Shown piece after piece: positions 52,328 through 61,700 of a DNA stretch of 64,000 nt. The position numbers were made by a program, and so were the translations under genes. Numbering within the stretch: the stretch's first letter is position 1; the number at the start of each line of letters is the position of its first letter. Source of the DNA: a virus. The notes under the pieces were generated by a model. The model was not told the DNA's origin, did no database searches, and saw only the letters and a list, made by a program, of their open reading frames with translations. Where the stretch lies: IMG/VR virus record IMGVR_UViG_3300050821_006485, positions 1-64,000 of that record, one strand, 5' to 3'.

Positions 52328-53199
52328 GTTTAACAATTTTTGGCGGTAGCGGGTTTGTAGGTAGTGAGTACAAACGGCAGTTTTACCATCACGCTGTGGG
52401 GAACATATACGCATTCAACAAGCGAGACGACTACAGCGTTTTTAGTAAGGACATTCTTTATCTACTTTCTACCGTTCATAATTATCATATTTTTGACGCC
52501 CCCCTTTTAGATGTAGAAACAAATCTAATTATTTTGGTAAAAGTTTTAGAAAGTTGGAGAAAATACCAAGAGGAATCTGGACAAAAGGGTGTGTTCAACT
52601 TCGCGTCTAGTTGGAGCGTTTACGGAGACCAAAAAGAATTGCCAGTCGCAGAGAACGCTATATGTAACCCAAAAGGGTGGTATATTATTACCAAAAGATG
52701 TGCTGAGCAACTTCTTATTGAATATTGCACTACTTTTCATTTGAATTACAAGATTTTACGTTTTGCGAACGTTATAGGATCGCACGACAAGAAGGCTTCG
52801 GAAAAGAAAAACGTTCTTCAGCATTTAGTTAACAAATTGGCCAAAAACGAAGATGTTGAAATATTTGGAGATGGCTCTTTTCTCCGCGATTTTATCCACG
52901 TTAGTGATTGCGTTGCCGCCGTACAGTTAGTAATGGACAAGGGAAAGTCTAACGAAATCTACAACGTTGGGAATGGTCGGACCTGGTATTACAAAGATAT
53001 TCTGCTCTATGCCAAACAAAATCTTGGTTCTACCGGGCGGATACTGCATGTAGAGCCAAGCGAATTCCAGGCGAATGTGCCGGTGCAAAATTTTTATATG
53101 GACAACACTAAGATTCGTAGACTAGGATACTACCCCCGATACACGGGAGAACAACTGTTTAATACGCTTCTGCCCACCGGAAAAGTGGAGTATGAATAA
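52324..53199 (+). CDS. NAD-dependent epimerase/dehydratase
   Basis: GGSGFVG, SS..VYG, YIITK (YxxxK), RDFIHV.D, YNVG.G. Confidence 0.9.
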   Translation: MSLTIFGGSGFVGSEYKRQFYHHAVGNIYAFNKRDDYSVFSKDILYLLSTVHNYHIFDAPLLDVETNLIILVKVLESWRKYQEESGQKGVFNFASSWSVYGDQKELPVAENAICNPKGWYIITKRCAEQLLIEYCTTFHLNYKILRFANVIGSHDKKASEKKNVLQHLVNKLAKNEDVEIFGDGSFLRDFIHVSDCVAAVQLVMDKGKSNEIYNVGNGRTWYYKDILLYAKQNLGSTGRILHVEPSEFQANVPVQNFYMDNTKIRRLGYYPRYTGEQLFNTLLPTGKVEYE

Positions 53200-54319
53200 A
53201 ACTCAGGATGTTATTCTTGGCGTTCTCTCAGGTCCCAATTATGGTTTTAAGTACCCCGGTGTCGAGTCATACATTGTCAGTATAAATCGCTCGGGATTTG
53301 CCGGGCGTAAAGTAATGATCGTCTGGAATATTCATCCAGAAACGCGTAGGGCGTTGGTTGTACACGGGTTTGAAGTTGTAGATTTATCGCCGTGGCCCCC
53401 TGACCGCTTCTTCCACGCTAGAATGCGCGTGGCGTGGGAGTACATGCGGGATCATTATAAAGAATTCAGATATTGTTTTTGGCTCGACATTAAGGACCTT
53501 TTGCTGCAATCCGATCCGAGTTTATGGATGGAACAAAACATTGGAAAAGCGCAACTCGTAGGTTCAACCGAGTGTACCGCGCTTGCCGAATGCGAAACAA
53601 ACAACCTTTGGATTCGTACAATTTTTGGGGACAAAGTTTTCAACCAAATTGGTCACGAAGAAACAATAAATGGCGGGACTTGGGCAGGTTATGCTGAGCC
53701 CATGATGGAAGTATTCCATAGGGTTCATAATTTGATTAAAGACTATGGCGGCCCTTATCCGCCGTGTCAAGCAGGCATAAACGTAGCTCTGCATACAGAT
53801 TTTAAAAGTATGCTATACATTCCTAGATGGGAGAAGGGCTTTGCTGCGTGCATGCATCCGTTTTGGAGTCCTTGGCGTGTGCCAATGGCCCCTTATTTAC
53901 GAGATAAGCCGCCCGTTCTTGATTTGAGAACGTGTGTACTCTATCCGGGAATAGTTAGCGGCCCTAACAACAAAGCAATCCCATTTAACGGCAATTGGGG
54001 GCAGAATAAGGATTTCAGCATTTGCTCGGCATCCGCCGGGCCTATGCACTGCGTAGAATGCGTGGAAAACTCCCAGAATCGGCCATTTTCTATTTTGCAC
54101 GGGTATGATCGTGATTGGAATCTTAAAGAAATGTTTGAGTTCAAGTACCGTTTCGACCAAGGCGATTGGAACTTGCAAAAGTTCAAGGAATATAAGGAGC
54201 TGATGGTGCCGTCGTACCAAAGGGAATTCAAGAGGGGTCTCAGGAGACCCGAGGCTGTTATGGCAGGTGCTAGGTTGGGAACCCAAGCGAGTGCCAGGCA
54301 GTTGCATAGGAGACCTTAA
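53192..54319 (+). CDS. putative glycosyltransferase
   Basis: LDIKDLLLQSDP, INGGTWAG, ILHGYDR. Confidence 0.6.
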   Translation: MNKTQDVILGVLSGPNYGFKYPGVESYIVSINRSGFAGRKVMIVWNIHPETRRALVVHGFEVVDLSPWPPDRFFHARMRVAWEYMRDHYKEFRYCFWLDIKDLLLQSDPSLWMEQNIGKAQLVGSTECTALAECETNNLWIRTIFGDKVFNQIGHEETINGGTWAGYAEPMMEVFHRVHNLIKDYGGPYPPCQAGINVALHTDFKSMLYIPRWEKGFAACMHPFWSPWRVPMAPYLRDKPPVLDLRTCVLYPGIVSGPNNKAIPFNGNWGQNKDFSICSASAGPMHCVECVENSQNRPFSILHGYDRDWNLKEMFEFKYRFDQGDWNLQKFKEYKELMVPSYQREFKRGLRRPEAVMAGARLGTQASARQLHRRP

Positions 54320-54323
54320 ACCT

Positions 54324-55052
54324 ATGAAAGTACTTATAGGGGTGATTACCTGCCATAAGCACTCGGCGTTTCAGCAAGCCATAAGAAACACTTGGCTACC
54401 ACATACCCCTAAAGAGGTAGACGTAAGGTTTTTCTCGGGGAGGGGAGCTAAGCGAGAACCAAGGGAAGACGAAGTTTTTTTAGAAAATGCGGGTGACGAA
54501 TACCTTGATCTGCCAGAAAAGGTCAAGGCAATGTTCACTTGGGCGTATGAACATGGCTATGATTTTGCCATGAAACTAGATAACGACGTGGTTTTAAAAC
54601 CACAGGAATGGTACAACGGTTTTTATCGGGACGACTTCTCGGGCTATGGTGATGTCAACGTAAAAAATGGGGAAATCAAAACTCCATGGGGATTCGCCTA
54701 CGTCCTCAGCAGGAAAGCAATGGAGTTGATAGTGAACGCTCCGCTTCCGGGACAGCCCGGTTCTATGTGGAGTACGTCGCATTCTAACGATGAAGCGTTT
54801 GTAAGCTCAGTTTTGCACTGGAACGGTATTTATTTGCACAACGACTCTAGATACGTGCTATTCAGGGGGAAACCGACTGAGCGAGACCTAAGCAAGGTGC
54901 ATAGACCATTGCGTAGGCCTAGGCCGATGGAAAAAGAGTGCCAGGCGGGTGCATTTGCTACCTGTATTTATTTGAACTGGAACGGATTTCATATGACTCC
55001 AGACGAAGAGATTCTCAGAGAGTTTCATAGAGTATTTTCTGAGGGTAAGTAG
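54324..55052 (+). CDS. GT-A glycosyltransferase (GT31-like), paralog of 51653
   Basis: IRNTW, D.Y..LPEKV, KLDND, GFAYVLSRKA; start ATG 54324. Confidence 0.8.
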   Translation: MKVLIGVITCHKHSAFQQAIRNTWLPHTPKEVDVRFFSGRGAKREPREDEVFLENAGDEYLDLPEKVKAMFTWAYEHGYDFAMKLDNDVVLKPQEWYNGFYRDDFSGYGDVNVKNGEIKTPWGFAYVLSRKAMELIVNAPLPGQPGSMWSTSHSNDEAFVSSVLHWNGIYLHNDSRYVLFRGKPTERDLSKVHRPLRRPRPMEKECQAGAFATCIYLNWNGFHMTPDEEILREFHRVFSEGK

Positions 55053-55057
55053 AACAA

Positions 55058-55557
55058 AAATTAACTAATTGTATCCGACTAGCTCGGGGAGGAAATTAAA
55101 TTATGCCACAAGTACAATTCGAGTTACCAGAGCAGCCTATCGGCTCGGCAACAAGTGCAACATCACAAGTCAGTTTGCTGGAATTAACGTTTCCAGACAT
55201 TACGCAAAAAAGTATACGAGCATGGGGCATCATTACATTTAGTCCGGGCTCTTATGTAAAGGGCGGACTGTTTGTAAACCTCATGCAATTCGCGGATGAC
55301 CGAGCAATCGACTTCAACGGATTTTTGCGTTGCAAAGTTTGGAACGAAGACCCGGTTCCGCCGGGTGGAATTAATTATACGTACCACTATGCACCAACTT
55401 CGGACGTTGTTCAAATTTTTAATAACGGAGTGGAGTTAGCTACTGGGACGCAAATTCCTGCGGCTATTCTGAATGACGATACCTTGTTTTTAGCCACCTG
55501 GGACCGTACTAACGTTCGTGGATAAGATTTTAGAAGTAAATTAACTAATTGTATCCG
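55058..55557 (+). repeat. 20-bp direct repeat AAATTAACTAATTGTATCCG ahead of two paralogous genes
   Basis: Copies at 55058-55077 and 55538-55557. Confidence 0.8.
55103..55525 (+). CDS. putative virion protein, paralog of the C-terminal domain of 55589
   Basis: ELT.PDIT.KS.R.WG...MQ.AD.R..DFNGFLRC...QIFNNGVELA...WDRT.VRG is shared. Confidence 0.75.
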   Translation: MPQVQFELPEQPIGSATSATSQVSLLELTFPDITQKSIRAWGIITFSPGSYVKGGLFVNLMQFADDRAIDFNGFLRCKVWNEDPVPPGGINYTYHYAPTSDVVQIFNNGVELATGTQIPAAILNDDTLFLATWDRTNVRG

Positions 55558-55588
55558 CCAAAAAGCGCGGGGAAATGGAAAAAAAATT

Positions 55589-56641
55589 ATGCCAACACTT
55601 GATTCATTATTGGGTACCGCATCAAACTTTGATGTACTTGCGGGCTCTACGGTTACAAACTCTGGAGCAACTGTTCTTACTGGAGGTGATCTAGGTCTTT
55701 CTCCTGGTTCATCTGTAACGGGCTTTCCGCCAGGCGTAGTTACTCCTCCTAATGTACAGCACATTACCGATTCTGTCGCAGCCAAGGGTCAATCCGACCT
55801 TACTGCCGCATATACGTACTTTGCCGGATTAGCCGGAGCTACGCCTATCGTTGGAAACTTAAACGGTCAAACATTTGTTCCCGGTTTGTATAGCGGCGGC
55901 GCGATTGATCTGGCAGTAGGTGGAACCGTAACCCTTAACGGAAACGGCGACCCAACTGCGGAATTTATTTTCCAAGCCGCGTCCACTCTTACCTTCAACA
56001 ACGGTTCTACTGTTGTCCTTACAAATGGTGCAACCGCCAAAAACATTATATGGCAAGTTGGAAGCTCTGCAACCATCGGAACCACGGCGGTTGTTTCTGG
56101 GGACATCGTGGCGCTGACTTCAATTTCCGTGAACACCGGGGCCACGGTCAACGGCAGATTACTCGCCAGAAACGGCGCGGTGACGTTGAGTGGTAACACT
56201 GTTACTGCCCCGGCAACTGGCGCGGGAACGGGTACGGGAGGTGGCGTAGTAGCGATAGGCACATCCTCAGCGAGTGCCACGGTGACGCTAAGCGAACTCA
56301 CACACCCAGATATTACAGGAAAAAGTTTAAGATCATGGGGAGTGGTGACTATTAATCCTGGAGGTTACACAAGCGGAGGAATTCCGTTCGGATTGATGCA
56401 GTACGCGGACCAACGTACGGTGGATTTTAATGGGTTCTTGCGTTGTGAGGTCTACGGCGAGGAACCTAAGAACAACATCATATTGGCAACTATTGCATAC
56501 CGTTATACCCCAGTCACAGATTCTCTCCAGATTTTTAATAACGGGGTAGAACTTGCCGGGGGCTCTGCTATACCAGTCTCTGTGTTATCTGACACCTTGC
56601 TTTTTGAGGCACAGTGGGATCGCACTAGCGTAAGAGGATAA
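55589..56641 (+). CDS. ice-binding protein (DUF3494) fused to a phage domain
   Basis: LGTA.NF.VLAGSTVTN.G.T...GDLG.SPG.SVTGFPPG, PGLY, FIFQ, WQVGSSATIGT, GRLLARNGAVTL. Confidence 0.9.
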   Translation: MPTLDSLLGTASNFDVLAGSTVTNSGATVLTGGDLGLSPGSSVTGFPPGVVTPPNVQHITDSVAAKGQSDLTAAYTYFAGLAGATPIVGNLNGQTFVPGLYSGGAIDLAVGGTVTLNGNGDPTAEFIFQAASTLTFNNGSTVVLTNGATAKNIIWQVGSSATIGTTAVVSGDIVALTSISVNTGATVNGRLLARNGAVTLSGNTVTAPATGAGTGTGGGVVAIGTSSASATVTLSELTHPDITGKSLRSWGVVTINPGGYTSGGIPFGLMQYADQRTVDFNGFLRCEVYGEEPKNNIILATIAYRYTPVTDSLQIFNNGVELAGGSAIPVSVLSDTLLFEAQWDRTSVRG

Positions 56642-56680
56642 TTCAACAACAATTTCCTGAGATTAATTACCTCAGGCAGC

Positions 56681-56732
56681 CGTGGGGAATGCCTACCTAT
56701 GCATGGGCATTCTCCGCGCATCTTCATAGGAG
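56681..56732 (+). promoter_or_regulatory. SD-masking pseudoknot (HEG leader 4)
   Basis: 14-15-bp stem; loop CCTATG is complementary to CATAGG(AG) at 56725-56730. Confidence 0.75.
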
Positions 56733-56739
56733 AAAAATA

Positions 56740-57393
56740 ATGCCGCATCATAAGAATACACATTGTAAGCATGGACATGAGTACACGGTAGAAAATACAA
56801 GGATATTACCTAACGGGGCAAGAGTTTGTCGAGCATGTAAGCGTGAATGGGCAAGAGAAAACACGGGATTAGAAGAGGGGGAAGTAAAGCAAAATAAAAA
56901 TCAGAACACTGACAAAACCCATTGTCTTCGTGGTCACGAGTTTACATCGGAAAACACATACATGAAGGGCGAACGTAGGATTTGTATAATTTGTAGGAAT
57001 GCCGCCCAGCGCGATAGACAAAGGATTGCAGAAGCAAAATACAGAGCGTTAAAGAAATCCAGCCCTGAATTATGGGAAAAAGAAAGACGAAGAAGAAGGG
57101 CACAACAACTTAAAAGAGTCGGTTGGAATATTGATCTTTTTGAAGAGACCCTAAACCTGCAAGAAAATAAATGCGCCGTTTGTAGAACTGTTCTAGATAT
57201 TAATGCTATAAAGAACGGCGCTACTAACCAGGCTCATGCTGACCATGAGCACGTAGAGCCTCCAAAGCCTAGAGGTATTTTATGTGGCAATTGTAATTTA
57301 GGCATTGGAAATTTAAAAGAAAACCCAGAAATTATGTTGGCAGCAATTGCCTACGTAACTAAATGGAAGGAAGAGAGGTCGTACGGGCCATAA
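56740..57393 (+). CDS. endonuclease VII-family homing endonuclease with two THC.xGHE Zn modules
   Basis: THCKHGHE...CRAC and THCLRGHE...CIIC; Q...CAVC, DHEH, RGILC..CNLGIG. Confidence 0.85.
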   Translation: MPHHKNTHCKHGHEYTVENTRILPNGARVCRACKREWARENTGLEEGEVKQNKNQNTDKTHCLRGHEFTSENTYMKGERRICIICRNAAQRDRQRIAEAKYRALKKSSPELWEKERRRRRAQQLKRVGWNIDLFEETLNLQENKCAVCRTVLDINAIKNGATNQAHADHEHVEPPKPRGILCGNCNLGIGNLKENPEIMLAAIAYVTKWKEERSYGP

Positions 57394-58693
57394 TTTATCG
57401 CAGTTAGGTAAGTAATTGCCTCATCAATCAGCAATGATTGTTTGTAACCTAGAGAATTCGGTGGAACACCCGATAGGGTCAATACCGAGCCGAGCCCAGA
57501 AATGGGAAGGTGTAACGACTATCTCGAAAGAGAGTAGGGAACAGCGTTCCCGAAGCACTAGGGGTCCTGCAAAGGGATCAAGATATAGTCTGGACTTATT
57601 AGTAATAATAAGAGAGTAAGCGGACGCGGCTTATTTGTAACAATAATCGACAGCATCATTAGACGCCTTTTCTGGATTAATCACCATAGCCGATGCAGTG
57701 GACCTCCCTGAAGGCGCGAGTCCTAGAAATTGGGACGTTCAGTTTAACGTAGGTAGCGTACGCACCAGGTCCGGTTTATTGAGCGTGTACTCTTACGCGA
57801 CCACATTAATAATCACTTCCTATGTTCTTCATTACGGTATAGCAGTGTTTGGGTATACTGGCGTAGAACCAACGGTTAATGAGGGGTTTTTGTTGTCCGG
57901 TTTTATAAACAACCTTTCATATCTGAATGGCCTCCAGGTATTTGTCGTTTCCGCGACAGCAACAACCTTCTCGGTTTTCTTGCCATTTAAGGACGACGGT
58001 CCATTTTTCAATCTCACAGGTTCTGCGGTCTCCCTTTCAGGCGCATTCGCTGGGCCTAACCTAGGCAACACCGTAACTTCCACCGGGTGGACCAACCCCA
58101 GTGGAATCCTAGGTAACGTTTCTTACGCCTCGGCAGTCGGTGGCGCAGCCTTATCAGCAACAATGGTTCCTACGGCGGCAGGAAATGAGTCGTCTAGTAA
58201 TCCGGCGTGGACCGCCCCTGGCAACGTATACACTACCGGCTCGGCATTCGCCCAAGTTACTCTATCTATCGCCGCAGGTGGTGGCGGAGGGGGCGGTGGT
58301 GGTGGCGGGGGTGGAGGTGGAGGGGGTGGCGGCGGAGGCGGTTGCTTCTCCGCAGCGGTTTCCGTTCGTACCCCAGAAGGTCTTATCGAGCTGGGAAATG
58401 CGCCCGGCACTCTCCAAGTTTCTAACGAAACCGGTACGCATAGTGCGCGGCTTATCGTTCACAAGGATTACAAAGGTTGGATGGTGGTAATCGAAGAGGA
58501 TAAGCTTGTCACCATAGATCACGTTATGAGGTCCGGGGATAAATGGGAACCGGCTGGGCTTAAATATCACAATCTACGCCGAGTCTGGTTCGTGGGTACG
58601 GTCTTCGATTTACACGTTATCTCCGATAATGAGGCAGATCATCACTACATACTGTGGAACGGTGACATAGCCCATAACAAACAACTAAAATAG
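57383..58693 (+). CDS. tail protein N-part with Gly22 and C-terminal Hint domain, spliced: join(57383..57409,57650..58693)
   Basis: 9-codon exon (ACG GGC CAT ... GGT) joins ACA GCA TCA in frame. Hint domain CFSA...VFDLHV...HHYIL..GDIAHN at 58343-58678. The start codon is uncertain. Confidence 0.7.
57410..57649 (+). mobile_element. group I intron, 240 nt
   Basis: P1 AGGU/GCCU; 137 bp identical to the TerL intron; omega-G. Confidence 0.88.
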
Positions 58694-58705
58694 AAGGGAG
58701 TAACC

Positions 58706-61700
58706 ATGGCGGTATCCGCATTGCTGCTGGCAAGCAGTATAAACTTTAACATACCCAGTAGCGCTACCGTGCTTGGCATTTCCACGTCGTTCGCAGCGCA
58801 AGCCGTGGGCACCGGAACTCCCTCTATTAACATTGAACTTGCTTTAAACGGGGCACCGATAGGGTCGTATATAAACGTTCCTATCGGCAGCTCCCTGAAG
58901 ACCTATACTCAGGGTTCTTCCGCATTTCAATGGGGAACTACGTTAACACCCGCCATTGTAGATGGCAGTTCGCTTGGCATTCTCCTGCAAGCCGAGTTGG
59001 ACACCTCCGGGACCTCAGCGGTCAGCTCCACGTTTAGCGTAAACAACCTCTCGGTGTCGGTATACTACACCACGTCTTTGCTTTCTGAAATTTTGCAGGT
59101 CGAGACGTTTTCCTTTGCGGTACCGGCAACATCTGGTATATCCGGCATCGGGGTGAGCTTTGTTGCGTATTCCAGCCTTACTACTAACTTGTCGGTGCAG
59201 ATGATTAAGGCCGAGGTGCCGGTTGGTACGCCGAAAAGCGTAACGCTAAGCAGCACACCTACTATCTACACGATTGGGGCATCGAACGATCTGTGGGGCA
59301 CCACGTGGATTTCTTCTGATATCAACAACACAGGTTTCGGTGTACAGATAACCGGGTCGGGGGTTGGTACTACATTTGCCAAAGATTTAGATATCTTGGC
59401 TTACCTTACTCCGTCTTTGGCTGATTTTCTGTACGTAAAAACATATGAGCAGAACAACGGGCAAATTACTACTCTTGCCTTAGATGATTCTGGAATCATG
59501 TGGAAGGAGGACGTTAACAATAACCCTAACGTTCTTTCCACGGCCTTGGTTGGTATTATTCCCGGTTCTTATGCCAAGAGCGCCACGGCGGATAACCAAG
59601 AGTACATCATGTTCTCAGACCTCTCCATTGGCACGGAGAGACCCAGAGTTTTAAGCGGTAACACTTTTTATCCCCTGTCTCAAGTAGGACCGGGAGCACC
59701 GCCATCGTTCCAGGCATCAATCGGCTCGATAAGCAATATACTGAGCCTTAGCCATTATTCTCTATCTGGGAATGTAGTTACCTTTACCTATACGGGTACT
59801 ATGCCTACGGTAGGCAGCATTTATATTCTCAGCAATGTTGTTTCCTACCTAAACGGACAGTCGGTTATTGTACTTAGTACCGGATTATCGCCCACCACGT
59901 TTGAGGTGCAATTTCAACACCCTGATGATATTGGCTCAGCAATTAATGGTACGGCCACGCCTACTTTTAGTTATTCCATCCAGTCGATTACGCAACCGGT
60001 GCCCTATTCTGGCATCGCAGAATTTTTGTGGAGCGCGGGTCCGGGACAGACTTCTCCGGGATCAACGGTTACGGTTTATTATAAGCACGATACAACTGGT
60101 GGACAGGACCCAGGGTTATCTTCCACAACAAACCCTGTTTATGTTAACTTAGCACATGCTACAGGAGGGGCGGCACAGTTTAATGGTACATGGCTTGTTA
60201 ATGGCACGGGATTAGGAAATCCTCCGGGGGTAGGGGGTAATTATTGGTACTTTACGTTTACTTATACGGCATCCGGTAGTTACAGTCAAATTTTTCCTCC
60301 AGGAAATCCTGTTTCATACCAAATTACCCTTGCAACCTTAACCACATCTACGCCCATCCCTAACCTTACAGCGGGTAGTCCGATTACTATTACCGGGGTT
60401 ACACCCACCGGTTGGAATAGCAACTGGACAATAGTTACACCCCTGACTAGCGGAGTTCTTAATATTAGTGGCACCCAGATGGATGCCTCCGGTAACGCCT
60501 CGTATACGTACAACGTACAAAGCGGGGCCGGTCCTTTAGTCGGGGAAATTGTTACTGTTACGAATTGTACCAATGCGGCTATATTTAATGCCACCGGAGT
60601 TATTTCTTCTGTGGCAGGCGGAATATTTCAGATTGCCGGATTCCCGCCAAATCATCCCATACCGTTTGCGTTTGAAGCTAATGGCGTGGGTTCTACGTTT
60701 GGTACGCAGTTTACATTTGATCCCGGCGCAGTGGTCGCGGGCACTACCGGCCAATCTATTTTTGGCAACGCTGGTTCTGGTGGAAAGGTTACCATTGTTG
60801 GCAGCTCGATTCAGCCTTTAGGGGCCGGTACTCGCCAAGCGGTAGTGTTCTTTATTACGCAAAGCGGCCTGGAGACTGCCGTGTCGCCGCCGGTAACATT
60901 TACCACGTCTTCTAACGCCAATGAACTAGAGGTTACTAATATTCCTATCGGCCCTCCAAATGTCATTGCAAGAGGCATAGCGATTACCGAGGCGGGCGCT
61001 AACGGTGTGCCGGGAGCTAGTTTTTACGTGATCCCTAACAACGTTGTGTTAACCGTGGGAAACACCGTCACTACGTACCCATCCACAATTATTAGGGATA
61101 ATATTACCACATCTGCTAAGCTTTCGTTTACGGACGCGGTGCTCCTGTCTTCCCAAGAAATAGATGTGCAGGGCAACAACCTGTTTAATCTAATCGAGCT
61201 GGGCAGTTCCGCTTGGTGCCTGCCTTACGCATCCCGCATGTTCTACGGAATGCAGCTAAACAAGGTTGATAACTTTAATAACCTCACGTTCGATGGTGGT
61301 TACCTACCAAACCCAGGAGGTAACTTATTTCCACTTGGTTGGATTGGAACCGATGTAGCCAATACCAATCTTATTAACAGCCCGGTTACCGGCATGTCTC
61401 TATACATCAAGAACGCCGGTTCTACGGTAAAGTCCGGGGTTGGTCTAGTTTATCAGACTGCCTACACGGACCCCTACCAAGTTCCAATAATTTTGCCGAA
61501 TACCTTGTATTCCGTTAGAGTGGCAGCAAGCAATCCTTCTGGAAACGCGGTGGGGTCTCTGGTTATCGACTTGACGGACTTCAATACGGGAATCGGATTT
61601 GGCATCACCTACGGAACGTTCTCGGTGCTGTTAGCCAGCATGTCTACGAATACTTCGGTATTTACTGGGGCATTGCTAACCACACCCTTTACACAAGGCG

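Noticed and set aside
57416-57619. ORF inside the intron (also 34978-35217 and 33801-34058 on the minus strand)
   Set aside because: These overlap ribozyme core or MCP exons, with no SD and no nuclease motif.
58343-58693. Canonical cis-splicing intein
   Set aside because: The +1 residue is Lys and only four residues follow.
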